A DNA stretch of 64,000 nt, taken from IMG/VR virus record IMGVR_UViG_3300045974_000513, positions 5,092 through 69,091 of that record, one strand, 5' to 3'. Positions 54,227 through 64,000 of the stretch are shown here, piece by piece. Below the pieces are notes generated by a model. It saw only the letters and a program-made list of their open reading frames with translations. It was not told where the DNA came from and did not search any database. Source of the DNA: a virus. The stretch's first letter is position 1. Each line of letters opens with the position of its first letter. The translations under genes and the position numbers were made by a program.

Positions 54227-57200
54227 TCAATCTTTGTTTGTGTCCAGGGGACAAGCGGCGTGGGCCAGCGAGTCGTCGCCTGCCGCCCACGCCACCCGCT
54301 GCGGAGACAGGTCCGCGCCGCAGCGATGGGGCCCGTAGATCAGAAAACGGTCGAGCACGTCGCCGCATGTGGTGGTGTCCGGCGTGACGTCCATCTCGAC
54401 TTCACGCACGGCGAATGGCACGTCCGCCGGGTCGGTCCCAACCTCCACCAGCATGACCTTGGACCCGCACTTCGGGCACGGGTAGGGCAGGCTCACGGGC
54501 CACCTCCGCTGATCTTCTTCCCGCGCGTGGCGGCAAGCCGCGCCGAGGTTCCCGCTGCGAGGTCGAGCGCGTCTTCCCCGTGGCGGGGGCAATGGCAGCG
54601 CGTCACCGTCCATGTGGCTCCGGTGTCCGGGCTCGTCGTCGACACCGAGGCATGCCCCCACGATCGACGCCAGCAGAAGTAGCAACGCTCGCGACGGGGA
54701 CCGAAGGCCCTGCCCACGGCCTCGATCGAGGCCCACAGGCACATGCCAGCGGCAACTAAGAGCAGCGCGTCGATCACGTTTTGCCTCCAGTCCGGTACGC
54801 CTTCAGCTTGTCCCATGTCGCCGGGTCGCCCCACCCCTTCTCGCCCACCTCCCGGCTGACGACGCAGCACACCTCTGCCGACACATCCCAGTCGCGCGGG
54901 TCGAAGGCGCAGGACATCGGGTAGCCCATCCCCTCGTCCTCGTGGCAGGACGTGCAATGGTCGTCGTCCGCGAGGCCAGCGCCGACGACGTCTGAGCACC
55001 CGAAGGTCACGTTCCCTCCCTCGCCGTGGGCGGGGCGCACGCGGCCCGGTATTCACCGCAGTTGCAGTCCTCCTTGCGGCACAACTGGCGATGGGGATGG
55101 GAGACCAAACCGTGTCCGCACTCGCACGCCCCCCTGCTCTCTGCGGTCCCGCTCCCGTCCTCGTCCCTGGCGTCGTCCAGTCCCCGGCTGTACTCGCGTC
55201 CCAGGCTCCCCCGGTAGGCCTCGCTCGGCATGATCACGTAGCCGCGCAGCGTCACGATCATCTCCGTGCCGTCGTGCCGGAACAGGGTCGGATCGCCTGG
55301 GCGAGTCTCGATGACGCAATTCGCAAACTCGGACTGTCCCGGTGGCGAGGTCTGCCGCGCAACACCGACGAGCCATCGTGCGATGGCGGCGCGGATGCCG
55401 GGGCGTCGCGAGAAGTCGCAGAATGCTCCGCCGCTATCCATGGTCGATCTCCTTCTTGGTGGCGGTCCCGCTCCCGCCGCAGGAGGGGCACTTGCGGAAT
55501 CCCGAATACTCACCCTGCCCCCCGCACTCCCCGCACTTCGGCGCGAGGGGCGGCGGGGGCTGGCGGTGAAACGACGGACAGGTCGCGGAGTGCTGTGCGC
55601 CGATGCCGATGACGCCGCAAGTGCAGGACGCAGCCATGGCCCGCAGGATGCGGGAGTTGTCCACAAGCGCCCCCTCTCGCGGCCCGCTCGGCACCGGAGC
55701 GGTGATCGGCACGCCCCAACTGTCCCGGTTGGGAGGCGGCTCGCCCCTGACAGGCCCGCTCGGCACCGGAGGGGAGATGGGCTCGACCCGCGTGTACATG
55801 GGCTCGCCGGTCAAGGGATCGGGCGCGACGGTGAATCGAATCACCTCTTCGTCGCCCTGCGGAGCGGTTGGGGCGGATAGCTGCTCCCACGCGCCGCATC
55901 TGTGGTTAGCTTCGTCACCAATCATCAGGTCGCAGTCGTCCCGACCGCACTTATCGCATTTCGGCACCTGAGGGGTGGAGGCGCGGAGCCGGTCCAGAAG
56001 GGCCAGCTTGTCTTGGTACAGCCGCTCAATCATGTTGGCGCACTCATCCATAGAGGTGAGAAGGCAACCAGCACCCGTCACCGCCTTGCGTCCGTTGTGC
56101 TTCACCACTCGCCACATCGGTTTGCTCACATCGTCCTCCCCGACACCCACCAGATGCCACCAACGGCTAGCACCAGCAGAATCACCAATTTCGCCACCAC
56201 CGCTAGGTCACTCATGGTCGCTCTCCTTCTCGCCCTGCGGAGCGGTGGGGGCGGGGGAGAGGGCGCGGATCTCGTCTGCGATGTCGTCGCCCAAGTCAGC
56301 GTCACGTTCGTCCCAGGCACAGCGTCGCCCCGCAGCCACCTTCGCCGCCGCCTCGACGCCTGCGCGGAAGCCGCGTTCGTAGTCGGTCATTTGCTCACCT
56401 TGTCGAGTCGGGAGAGGGCGCGGTCGAGTCGGCTGCACTTCGGGCATCGGGCAAGGGCGTGGCAGTCGTGCCACATGATCCCGTCAGCCGCCCTCGCCAC
56501 GGCCAGGAGGGCACGGAGTTCGGCGCGGGCTGGCTTCCAATCCTCCTGCGTCCACGGCAATCGTTCGTCGAACCAGCGGGTCAACGTCGGCGCGATTCGC
56601 TTGCTCACTTGTCCCCCTCCCCCGGCTCGCGGGCCAGGGCGGCGCGGGCTGCGGTCAACGCCCGGTAGAAACGCCTGTCCCGGCCCTCCAGCAGGTGTTC
56701 GATGCCGTTCCCGTCGCGGCCCCAGCACGCCATGATGTCCCGCAGCGCCTCCCTCAACGCGCCCGCCTCGGCCTTGAGGGCGCTGGCCTCCCCGTGCCAG
56801 AAGTCCCCATCCTTGTCGTGCCTCGTCACCACTTCCCGCAGCCGCTCGACCTCGGCCTGTGCGGCGGCGAGCGAGGCGCGCAAGTCGTCCTCGCGCACCT
56901 TCCTGGCCAGGAGGGCACTCGTCGCCCGCTCCAGCTTCCCGGTCAGGAGCATGACCAGTTCGTGCGAGGCGGCAAGCTGGGCGCGGAGGGTGTCCACCTC
57001 GCGCTCCATCTCGGTAGCGCGCTCCGCTGCGACGCCACGAAGCCGCTCGTTCTCGTCACCACGGGCGCGGAGCCGGTCCACCGTCAGCCGCAGAGACTCC
57101 AACTCCTCCACCACCAACCCGGCCCGACGGTTCGCGTCGGAGATGCGGTTCAGGCGGTCGGATTCGGCGGTCATGGGGACACCTTGCCGTGCAGCCACTC

Positions 57201-59370
57201 CTTGCCACAGGCGCGGCACCTCTCCATCTGAGCCCCCGTCAGGAATCGGGCCGTGACCTCCACCTCGTCCTTCTCGCAATGCGGGCACTCGTCCCCGCTC
57301 TTGGTTCCCGGGTGGTTCGGGCAGTCGCACCCATTCCCGCCACGGCACCCGCATCCGCTGAACTCCCCGGGCTGGATCTCGATCCCCTTGCACCCCTGCG
57401 GACACCACAGGGATGCCTCGCGGTGCGCCTCGGGCGCGGGATCGGTCGTGACCGGGCCGACCCCGCACTCCTTCAGCCCCAAGACGTAGCCGTCCTGCCA
57501 GAGCGCCAACTCGTAGTTCCAGTCGACGCCGCAGGTCCGGCAGCACCCGTCCTCGTCGATGTTGCGGACGGATCCGCACTCGCACGGCGGGCCGCGCACC
57601 TCGTCGTCGGGAGCGGGCGCATCCGGTCCCGACGACAGGGCGGCGCGGAGAGAGGCCCACTCCTCCCGCGTCGGGAACCGCCCCTCGGACCACTTCACGC
57701 TGATGACCCTTGCAGCCGCATCCAGTTCGGAAAGGCGGGCCGTCAGCGCGTCGATCAGCGGCGACCACACCGTGATGATCTCGGCCTGGGTCGCAACGCG
57801 GGCGCGGAGGGTGGCGATCTCTCCGTCCTGCTTCTTCATGTAGTCGTCCACGCACTTCTTGTCGTACTCGGCCCACGAACGCCGCTCCGCGTCGAGCGCA
57901 GCCTGTGGGATCCGGTTCGGGCTGCCACCGAACCCGTCGTCGCAATCGCTCATGGCTGCACCACCCACGCGTCGTCGACGCCGATCTCCACCGGGTTGTC
58001 GCTGCCGACGGGCCCGTGCGCCCCGGCCCGCAGCGCGGCCAGGAACGCCTCGGCCTCGTGCGGGTACATCGCCAACGTCCCGGCCAGCGCGAACGTCCGG
58101 TCGGGCTCGCCCACGAACACGCGCAGGCGGGTGTGCGGCCCCTCTTCGCGGAGCCTGATACGGATGACGGTCATGGTTCGACTCCTTCCTTCTCGGCCCA
58201 CCACCGCGCGACGATCAGGTCGCCGGGGCCGCTCTTGAGTGAGTAGCATTCGCTGTCGTCATGGATCGCCGACTTCGGCACCCAGCAGACGGTGCCGTCG
58301 TCCGTCTCGACGAGGATGGCGGCGGCGGTCTCGTGCTTCACCGCGACCACGGCCAGCGTGACGGTGTCGGCGTCCATTACCAGTCCCCCGCGTCAGGGTC
58401 GTCTTCCTCGGGTATCGGCTTCATGGTGAACACGCCGTCCGCGACCTCGACCTCCATCCGCAAGCCAGCCGCGACCTCCTTCAGCTTGTCGAGGTACGGC
58501 CGCGCCTCGCGCTCGCGCAGCCACTTCACTTCGCGCTCCAGCGACTCGACCTTGTAGCGCAGGGCCGTCACCTCGGGCAGGAGCAGCGACGCCGCGAGGG
58601 CGAGGGCCGCCCCCTCGTAGCCGTGGGCAATCAGGTCGGCCCAGACCGCCATCGTCCCCTCGGTCACACCGTCGGTGCGGCGCACGGGGATCGGCGCGAC
58701 GATCACCTCGGCCCCCATCATGCGCGCCGTCTCGCCGGGCTCTGGGTTGGCGACGACGGTGAGGTGCATCTGGACGCCGCGCGTCACGACCATCGTGTCC
58801 CCACCGACGCCACGCAGCACCTGCGTCGGCGCGAACGTCTTGAATTCGGTGACGTGCGCCCTCATGGCTTCGCCTCCTCGGGGTCGAGGCGGGCGAACGC
58901 GGAGACGGCGTCCTTGATCGACGCCTCCGCGTCCATGAGGTGCCGGAAGATCGCGGAGTGGTCGGTCGATGTGCGCGCCTCCTCCAACGCAGCCGTGGCG
59001 TCGCGGATGCACTCCTCCAGGGTGCTCTCCCTCTTTCGCAGCACGCTCATGGCTTCACCTTCTTCCGCAGGGCCAGCGACCACGCCTCGACGTCGAACGC
59101 CGTCCCGTCGGCCGGGAGCAGCGGCTCGATCTTGTAGATGGTGCAATGGTCGTGCGTCACCCAGCACGCCTTCCCGTCCGCGTCGCGCAGGCGATCGACC
59201 CGGAACACCGCCATGAACCGCTGCACGAAGTCGATGTCGATTCGGTAGCCAAGGCCCTGCCCGCTGCCGCCGTAGTCGAAGCTCCCGCCCATCGCCAGCC
59301 CGCCGTGCTCGTCGCTGATGATGTCCACGCCACGGATCCGCGCCGCCTTCTTGACCCTCTCGTCGCTCAT
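54227..59370 (-). other. Cluster of ~15 small coupled hypothetical phage genes, many with CxxC motifs or coiled coils
   Basis: Chained overlaps, e.g. 58171-58377 (HETAAAILV...WVPKS) and 59047-59370 (DYGGSGQGLGY). Confidence 0.7.
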
Positions 59371-59690
59371 GGCTTCACCCTCCAGGCGATGGCGCTACGC
59401 CCGGTGATGCGACACGGCCGCTTCTCGCCCACCTCGACGAAGCCGCGATCACACAACTCCGAGATCCGCTTGTGGTACGACGCTGCGGCGTCGCCCGGCA
59501 GCGCGAGCAGGCTGTCCAGTTCGCGCCCGGTGATCGGGCCGTGCTTCCTGATCGCGTCGAGCACCTTCGCCTGCATCTCGCCGAGGACGCCGCTGGCCTT
59601 GATGTCCCGGTGGGCCTCGGCCGAGGTCGGCTGGACCGCGACGTCCCGCCTCTTCTGGAGGAAGAGGTCGTGCTGAAACCCCGTGGTCAT
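59367..59690 (-). CDS. Winged-HTH DNA-binding protein
   Basis: TSAEA...QAKVLDAIRKHGPITGREL...KRISEL..RG.V...RPCRITGR. Confidence 0.7.
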   Translation of the reverse strand: MTTGFQHDLFLQKRRDVAVQPTSAEAHRDIKASGVLGEMQAKVLDAIRKHGPITGRELDSLLALPGDAAASYHKRISELCDRGFVEVGEKRPCRITGRSAIAWRVKP

Positions 59691-60067
59691 GGCCGCACCC
59701 AGCCCGGCGACGTGTCCATCATCTCCGCGCCGCAGTCGTTGCACTTCCAGCGATCCGCTTCGCGCTGGCTCGCGGAGTGCCGACACTCGACCGCCTTCAG
59801 CCCGACCTCGCGCCGGGCCTCCTCGGTGGCCGCGCGCGCGATCTCCATGCGCGCCGTGTGAAGCATCAACACCGCCTCCACCGCGTCCGCCAGCACCTGA
59901 CGCTCCGCGACCCCCAGCGCCCGCTGCGTTGCGACGTCGGTCTCCGACCCCGGCGTCGTCGCCTCCCTGTTGATCCGGTAGACCGCAGCCACCAACTCGT
60001 CCGCCCGGATCACCAACTCGCACCGCTCTGCCGCCACCGCCAGCAGCGCCTCCAGTTGCGACTTCAT
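59687..60067 (-). CDS. Hypothetical protein with C-terminal Zn ribbon
   Basis: Helical N-terminus, then CRH...WKCNDCG; AGGTGCAGG upstream. Confidence 0.6.
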   Translation of the reverse strand: MKSQLEALLAVAAERCELVIRADELVAAVYRINREATTPGSETDVATQRALGVAERQVLADAVEAVLMLHTARMEIARAATEEARREVGLKAVECRHSASQREADRWKCNDCGAEMMDTSPGWVRP

Positions 60068-60188
60068 CCTGCACCTCGCTTGGACTACGGGTTAAAAAGC
60101 AAAGCGCGTGTTTTGTCCCGTCACATGCGCGCCCCGTGACGTGGCAGCGTCCGGGCAAGGGAACCACGGCCCGGTCTGCCGAACTCGA

Positions 60189-60644
60189 TCACCTCATCGG
60201 CCACTCCTTGCACAGGCCACACGAGCACCCGGGCAGGCACGGCAGCGCAGCGGCCGCCGCCCCCATCGGCACCCATGCGAACCGATCGCCCGGCGGAGCG
60301 GGCACGTCGGCCCAGTCCGCCCAGTCCTTCACCACCGCCCGGAAGCGTTCGAGGTCCGCCGGGAACGGCTGCCTGGGCCACACCGCGACGTCAACCGGCC
60401 TGCCTGGATCCCCGCGCACCACGAGCACCGTCCATTGCGGGAGCCCCGCCAACCGATTGAACGTGTACCGCTGCCCGTCGCCCACCGCCTTGCCGCGCCC
60501 CTTCGCCTCGATCAGCAGGAAGCGCCCCTTGATCTCGACGAGCCCGTCGATGTCCGTCGGGCTGATGCCGCGCGGGAAGCACCCACGCAGGCAGGCCCAG
60601 TCCCAGGGGGCGTCCACGAACGCCTTGACGCTCTGGATCGTCAC
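60189..60644 (-). CDS. PD-(D/E)xK nuclease-like protein
   Basis: SPTDIDGLVE...FLLIEAK...GQR; GTG 60644 overlaps the methyltransferase stop. Confidence 0.65.
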   Translation of the reverse strand: MTIQSVKAFVDAPWDWACLRGCFPRGISPTDIDGLVEIKGRFLLIEAKGRGKAVGDGQRYTFNRLAGLPQWTVLVVRGDPGRPVDVAVWPRQPFPADLERFRAVVKDWADWADVPAPPGDRFAWVPMGAAAAALPCLPGCSCGLCKEWPMR

Positions 60645-61615
60645 CTGGGCACCAGCACCGCGCCCATGTCGGCGAAGGCCTCGGTGAACCGCTTCGGGTC
60701 CGGGCCCAGGTAGAAGATCGCCTGCCCCTGGCGCGTGGCGAACTTCTGGCCGCTGCGCGAGAGGAACCCGATGCGACCGGAAGTGAAGCAGACCGGGTGG
60801 CGCTTCAGCAGCGCCTGCTGCCACTTCGCGTCGGTGCAGTTGTTGACGAGGTAAACGGCGGCCGTGATCTCCGACTCCTCCCACGCCGACATCACCTTCG
60901 CCGTGAACTGCTCGATCAGGGGCATCGAGTACGGCGGGTTGCAGAAGACGCGCCCCGACCAGTCCTGGGTCAGTCCGTCGTCCTCCTTGGTGAAGAACCG
61001 CTTGGCCCGGACCGTGTCCTGGGCGTGCGCGTTCGACGCAGGGTCGAGGTCGATGCCCCCCAGCGCACCCTTCACGCGGGCGATCACCTCGGGCGGCGTG
61101 TACCACTCGTCACCGTCGTAGTCCTCGGACGCCGACACGGACGTCATCGCGCGCATCGCCGTCGCGGGCGAGACCCCCGTCCCGATCTCCTTCGCCCTCG
61201 CGATGGCCGCCTCGACCTCCCCCGGCGTCGCCTCGCCCAGCCCCTTCCAGCGCCGCAACTCCCGGTCGGCCATCCCCGATGCCTTCGCGACCGCCTCCCG
61301 CCCCTGCTTGGAGGAACCGGCAGCGGTGCCGGTCCCTCCCTTCTTCGTGTGCTGGTTGGGCCCTCGCACGACCGGGGCCTGCTGGTACAACTGCGCGAGC
61401 CGCGCCGTCGCGTACACAACGATCGCCCCCGCGTTGTCGGCCGCCTCCTCCCCCGCCTTCTTTTTCCGGGCGTACATCTGCACGGCCATCGCCCGGTCCC
61501 GCACCTCCTTGATGTCGTCCACGTTGACGCATGAGGCCAGGAGGTCGCGCGCCTCCTCGACGCGCATCACCATCGGCCCCGACTGGATCTTCGCCAGAAA
61601 CCCGCTACCCGACAT
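60641..61615 (-). CDS. Phage DNA N6-adenine methyltransferase (Dam-like) with N-terminal extension
   Basis: DEWYTP, DLDPAS, DGL.Q.W.GRVFCNPPYS, NNCTDAKW. Confidence 0.9.
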   Translation of the reverse strand: MSGSGFLAKIQSGPMVMRVEEARDLLASCVNVDDIKEVRDRAMAVQMYARKKKAGEEAADNAGAIVVYATARLAQLYQQAPVVRGPNQHTKKGGTGTAAGSSKQGREAVAKASGMADRELRRWKGLGEATPGEVEAAIARAKEIGTGVSPATAMRAMTSVSASEDYDGDEWYTPPEVIARVKGALGGIDLDPASNAHAQDTVRAKRFFTKEDDGLTQDWSGRVFCNPPYSMPLIEQFTAKVMSAWEESEITAAVYLVNNCTDAKWQQALLKRHPVCFTSGRIGFLSRSGQKFATRQGQAIFYLGPDPKRFTEAFADMGAVLVPR

Positions 61616-61970
61616 TCGCCCCTCGCCTTCGCACGGGCCCGTAGACCTCACACTCCGAACAGGCCCAGCGCCCGGAGCCAGGATGAATCACGTAGATGCC
61701 CAGCTTGCAGCACGTTGGTGCCCACGCCGGGCGCTGGCGACCTGCCGCGTCCGGCGCGAACACCACGCTCGCCTCCTCCGCCTTAGCCGCGCGCCTTGCC
61801 GCCATCGTGCGAGTCCCCCCGCCGCTCGATGAGCGCGTCCACGCCAAGGTCGTCCGGCTTACGGTCCTCGCGCTGGGTGCTCCACCACCACAGCACCGCG
61901 CCCAGCGCCGCGAGGTAGCCGACGCCAAACACCAGCCACGGGCGCGCGTCCAGCCACTCCCAGGCCGGGG

Positions 61971-62255
61971 TCATGGCTTCGCCTTCCGGTGCTGCTCCGC
62001 GTTCGGGCACGTGTAGAAGTGGCTCGTGCGCGGCTTGCCCCCCAGCGGGAACGGCTCGCCCTTCTTCATGTACGCGGCGTGGATCTTCCCGTCCGCGCCC
62101 CGCGAGAGGCAGTAAAAGCCCTTCTCGTTTGGCTCCTTGTCGAACGGCATCTTCCCGGGCGTCCCATCCTTCCTGATCATGTGCGCCCAGATGATCTCGG
62201 CGTCGCACGACTTGCACCGCGACGTCTGGATCTCCGCCTGCATCTCCTCGGTCAT
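61971..62255 (-). CDS. Small Zn-binding phage protein
   Basis: CKSCDAEIIW...GKMPFD...SHFYTCP.A..HR. Confidence 0.7.
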   Translation of the reverse strand: MTEEMQAEIQTSRCKSCDAEIIWAHMIRKDGTPGKMPFDKEPNEKGFYCLSRGADGKIHAAYMKKGEPFPLGGKPRTSHFYTCPNAEQHRKAKP

Positions 62256-62457
62256 GGCTGCCTCCTGGCGATGGCCTTGGCGAGGCGACACCGGGAGTCG
62301 CACTCGCCGATCGAACAGCAGATGGGGCACTCCCGGTGCTCCCCGCGCCGGTCCTTGTCGACCACGCGCAACACTTCCACGAGCGACTTCACCTTCGCGT
62401 TGGCCGCCGCGAGATCGGCTCGCAGCGCCCCCACCATCACAGCATCGGACAGCACGC

Positions 62458-62805
62458 TCATCCCCGCCCCCGGATCATCCGCGAGACCCGCTTCGCCCAC
62501 GCCTCGATCGAGGGCCGCCGGGGCAGCGACACGCCCGTCTCCCAGCGCCACAACGTGACCGGGCTGACCCCGATTCTCGCCGCCAACGTTCCACGTGAAA
62601 CGCCGTGGCGCTCCCGGGCGTCGGCCATGTATCGGATCAGCCGACGCTGGCCGGGCGAGCCCATCGGCGAGTTGGCGCGAAGTTCGCCGGACTGCGCTTT
62701 CCGGCTCGCACCCTTAGTGGATCTCCCTCCCTTCCTCCCCCCCGTTGGTCTGGGGCCTGTGTAGTTTCCGCCGACCTTCCCTCCGCTTTCCCGCGCTACA
62801 CGCAT
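62458..62805 (-). CDS. XRE/Cro-CI family HTH regulator
   Basis: ARERHGVSRGTLAARIGVSPVTLWRWETG...P; start uncertain. Confidence 0.8.
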   Translation of the reverse strand: MRVARESGGKVGGNYTGPRPTGGRKGGRSTKGASRKAQSGELRANSPMGSPGQRRLIRYMADARERHGVSRGTLAARIGVSPVTLWRWETGVSLPRRPSIEAWAKRVSRMIRGRG

Positions 62806-63274
62806 GGTTCACAGCCTCCTTCTTCATGGGCTTGCGTTCTGGTTTTGGATCTGGCATCTCCACGCGGCGCGCGGGCGCTCTGATCCCCATCGGATCCTCC
62901 TAGATCACGCCCCGGCTCCGGGGTGGATGGCTCAAGACGGGGGCGTCGGATCGACGACCGCAGGACGCCCCGCCTCGACGCCTCGACCTTCACCGCCCGC
63001 CCGACCGCCACCGGCGAAGGCTGGCCCCGGTCAACCGCCTGGATCATCGGCTCCGCAATCCCGCCCTCCTCACCCGATCGATCAACTGGATCTCGGAGTG
63101 ATGGCGGGTGCTTGAAGTCCTCCAGGCATAGCTTCACCACCCGGTACCCGCCCCCGCTGGACGACCGACTGACGATGGCCTCTGCCCGCGCACCACACCG
63201 CTCGCAGATCATCTTCCCCATCGCCACGCTGTCCTTGGCAACAGGGACGCCACCGCCGGTCGGTCGCCCACGGT

Positions 63275-63586
63275 TCACTTGGCCTCCTCCCGGTTCCACC
63301 TGAAGACCGCGAACGCAGCATCGAGGTGATCGATGGCCTCCTGCGTCGCGTCGGTCGGAGCCATCCCCCGCAGGATCTGGCGCGCTGACTCGATCTCCAG
63401 CGCCAGCGGGCCGATGTCCAGCGGGCCGATCCTCTCGCACCCCATGACGGTGTGCAGCCGCCCACCGATCATGTCGAGCTTCCCGTAGTGCAAGACGTGG
63501 CTGCCGCAGTTGCACTTCGGCTTCTCCTTCGGGGCCTTTTCCTCGACGACACCCGTCGAGTCCACCGGGACGCCCGTGGTGATCAT
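63275..63586 (-). CDS. Hypothetical protein
   Basis: 103-aa ORF with AGGAGGAG RBS, coupled to neighbours. Confidence 0.6.
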   Translation of the reverse strand: MITTGVPVDSTGVVEEKAPKEKPKCNCGSHVLHYGKLDMIGGRLHTVMGCERIGPLDIGPLALEIESARQILRGMAPTDATQEAIDHLDAAFAVFRWNREEAK

Positions 63587-63704
63587 CGGCGCTCCTCCTT
63601 GTCCCAGGACCGGCGGGCGGCGGCGATGCCCAGCGCCACAACGACCGCGACGATGAGTCCACCGACGACGCCGCCTCCGATCGAGGTGGCGAGATCCATC
63701 AGCG

Positions 63705-64000
63705 TCACGACCCCCTCCTCATCGACTCGATCTCCTCGTCGGTGGGCAGCGGCGGCCCGTCGTCGTCCTGGCCGGGCTCGCGCTCGGCGGGCATCGGGAG
63801 CAGGGGCCTCTCCGCCGGGGCGGCGGGCGTCTGCTTCACCGGCGGTGCCACCGGCGACTGCTTGTTGGCGGCCTCGGCGGCGAGGTCGGCGGCGCGCATC
63901 CGGGCGATGCGGTCGAGGGGGGAGGCCTTCGCGGGGGGCGTGGCCCGGCGCGCCTCGGCGGGCGCTGGGGCGGCCGGGGCAGCGGGGGGGGGCTGGGGCG
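63705..64000 (-). CDS. C-terminus of a larger protein (possibly recombination/replication) entering from beyond the window
   Basis: Pro/Ala linker ending EREPGQDDDGPPLPTDEEIESMRRGS, an acidic tail; function not determinable. Confidence 0.45.
   Translation of the reverse strand, partial: PQPPPAAPAAPAPAEARRATPPAKASPLDRIARMRAADLAAEAANKQSPVAPPVKQTPAAPAERPLLPMPAEREPGQDDDGPPLPTDEEIESMRRGS

Larger units (their letters stand above)
1..64000 (-). mobile_element. Tailed phage/prophage genome segment (siphovirus-like; terminase-portal-head-tail order)
   Basis: terL, portal, MuF, prohead protease, capsid, head-tail connector, tail tube, G/GT chaperone, tape measure and tail tip genes lie co-oriented on the minus strand with ATGA/GTGA overlaps. 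No host housekeeping genes seen, so free phage versus prophage cannot be decided. Confidence 0.97.

Noticed and set aside
60068-60188. AT-richer intergenic stretch with a GTCAC...GTGAC inverted repeat as an origin or structured RNA
   Set aside because: Short stem, no iterons, no recognisable RNA family. A CATGCGCG word shared with two other gaps (near 20210 and 45905) is too common at this GC content to count.
1194-63303. Long plus-strand ORFs (e.g. 4251-7691, 20580-23696, 26009-29041, 36369-39752) and Arg-rich alternative-frame minus ORFs
   Set aside because: Shadow ORFs of high-GC coding sequence. They overlap well-supported minus-strand genes and show no recognisable motifs.
1-64000. tRNA, rRNA, att sites or integrase; host assignment
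   Set aside because: None recognised. Hints of a myxobacteria-like host (GC content, sigma54-like site, Zn-finger type) are too weak to assign one.

Overview
The whole 64-kb window is part of one high-GC (about 70% by eye) tailed dsDNA phage or prophage genome. All credible genes are on the minus strand; I saw no host genes, integrase or RNA genes. In transcription order (right to left) it has: about 18 kb of small early/middle genes (XRE-HTH, Dam-type and ParB-fused methyltransferases, PD-(D/E)xK and HNH nucleases, an Acb2/Tad1-like protein); terS and terL; a greatly expanded head module (about 14.6-43.4 kb); neck and tail genes of siphovirus type with a G/GT -1 frameshift; a tape measure protein; a 2772-aa tail-tip/fibre protein; and the start of the lysis region. 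The main observation is in the head module. Six ORFs (a portal-MuF fusion, four cargo polyproteins and the prohead protease/scaffold) are divided by 25 copies of one peptide, x-x-K-G-D-x-x-G-H-[PEA]-F-R-G-N-Q-[YWFH], whose first position is V/I/L/F/M in 24 of 25 copies. Each copy precedes a cargo unit: 7 ADP-ribosyltransferase-like, 6 HExxH zincin, 2 papain-like, 2 ParB-like, 1 HD hydrolase, plus uncharacterised domains. The motif is conserved as protein, not DNA (all six Arg codons are used). Its hydrophobic-x-K start matches sites in the scaffold and capsid N-terminus. I infer a head-packaged set of effectors that the maturation protease cuts into separate proteins sharing one N-terminal tag. 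Domain calls come from reading motifs by eye, not from database searches.
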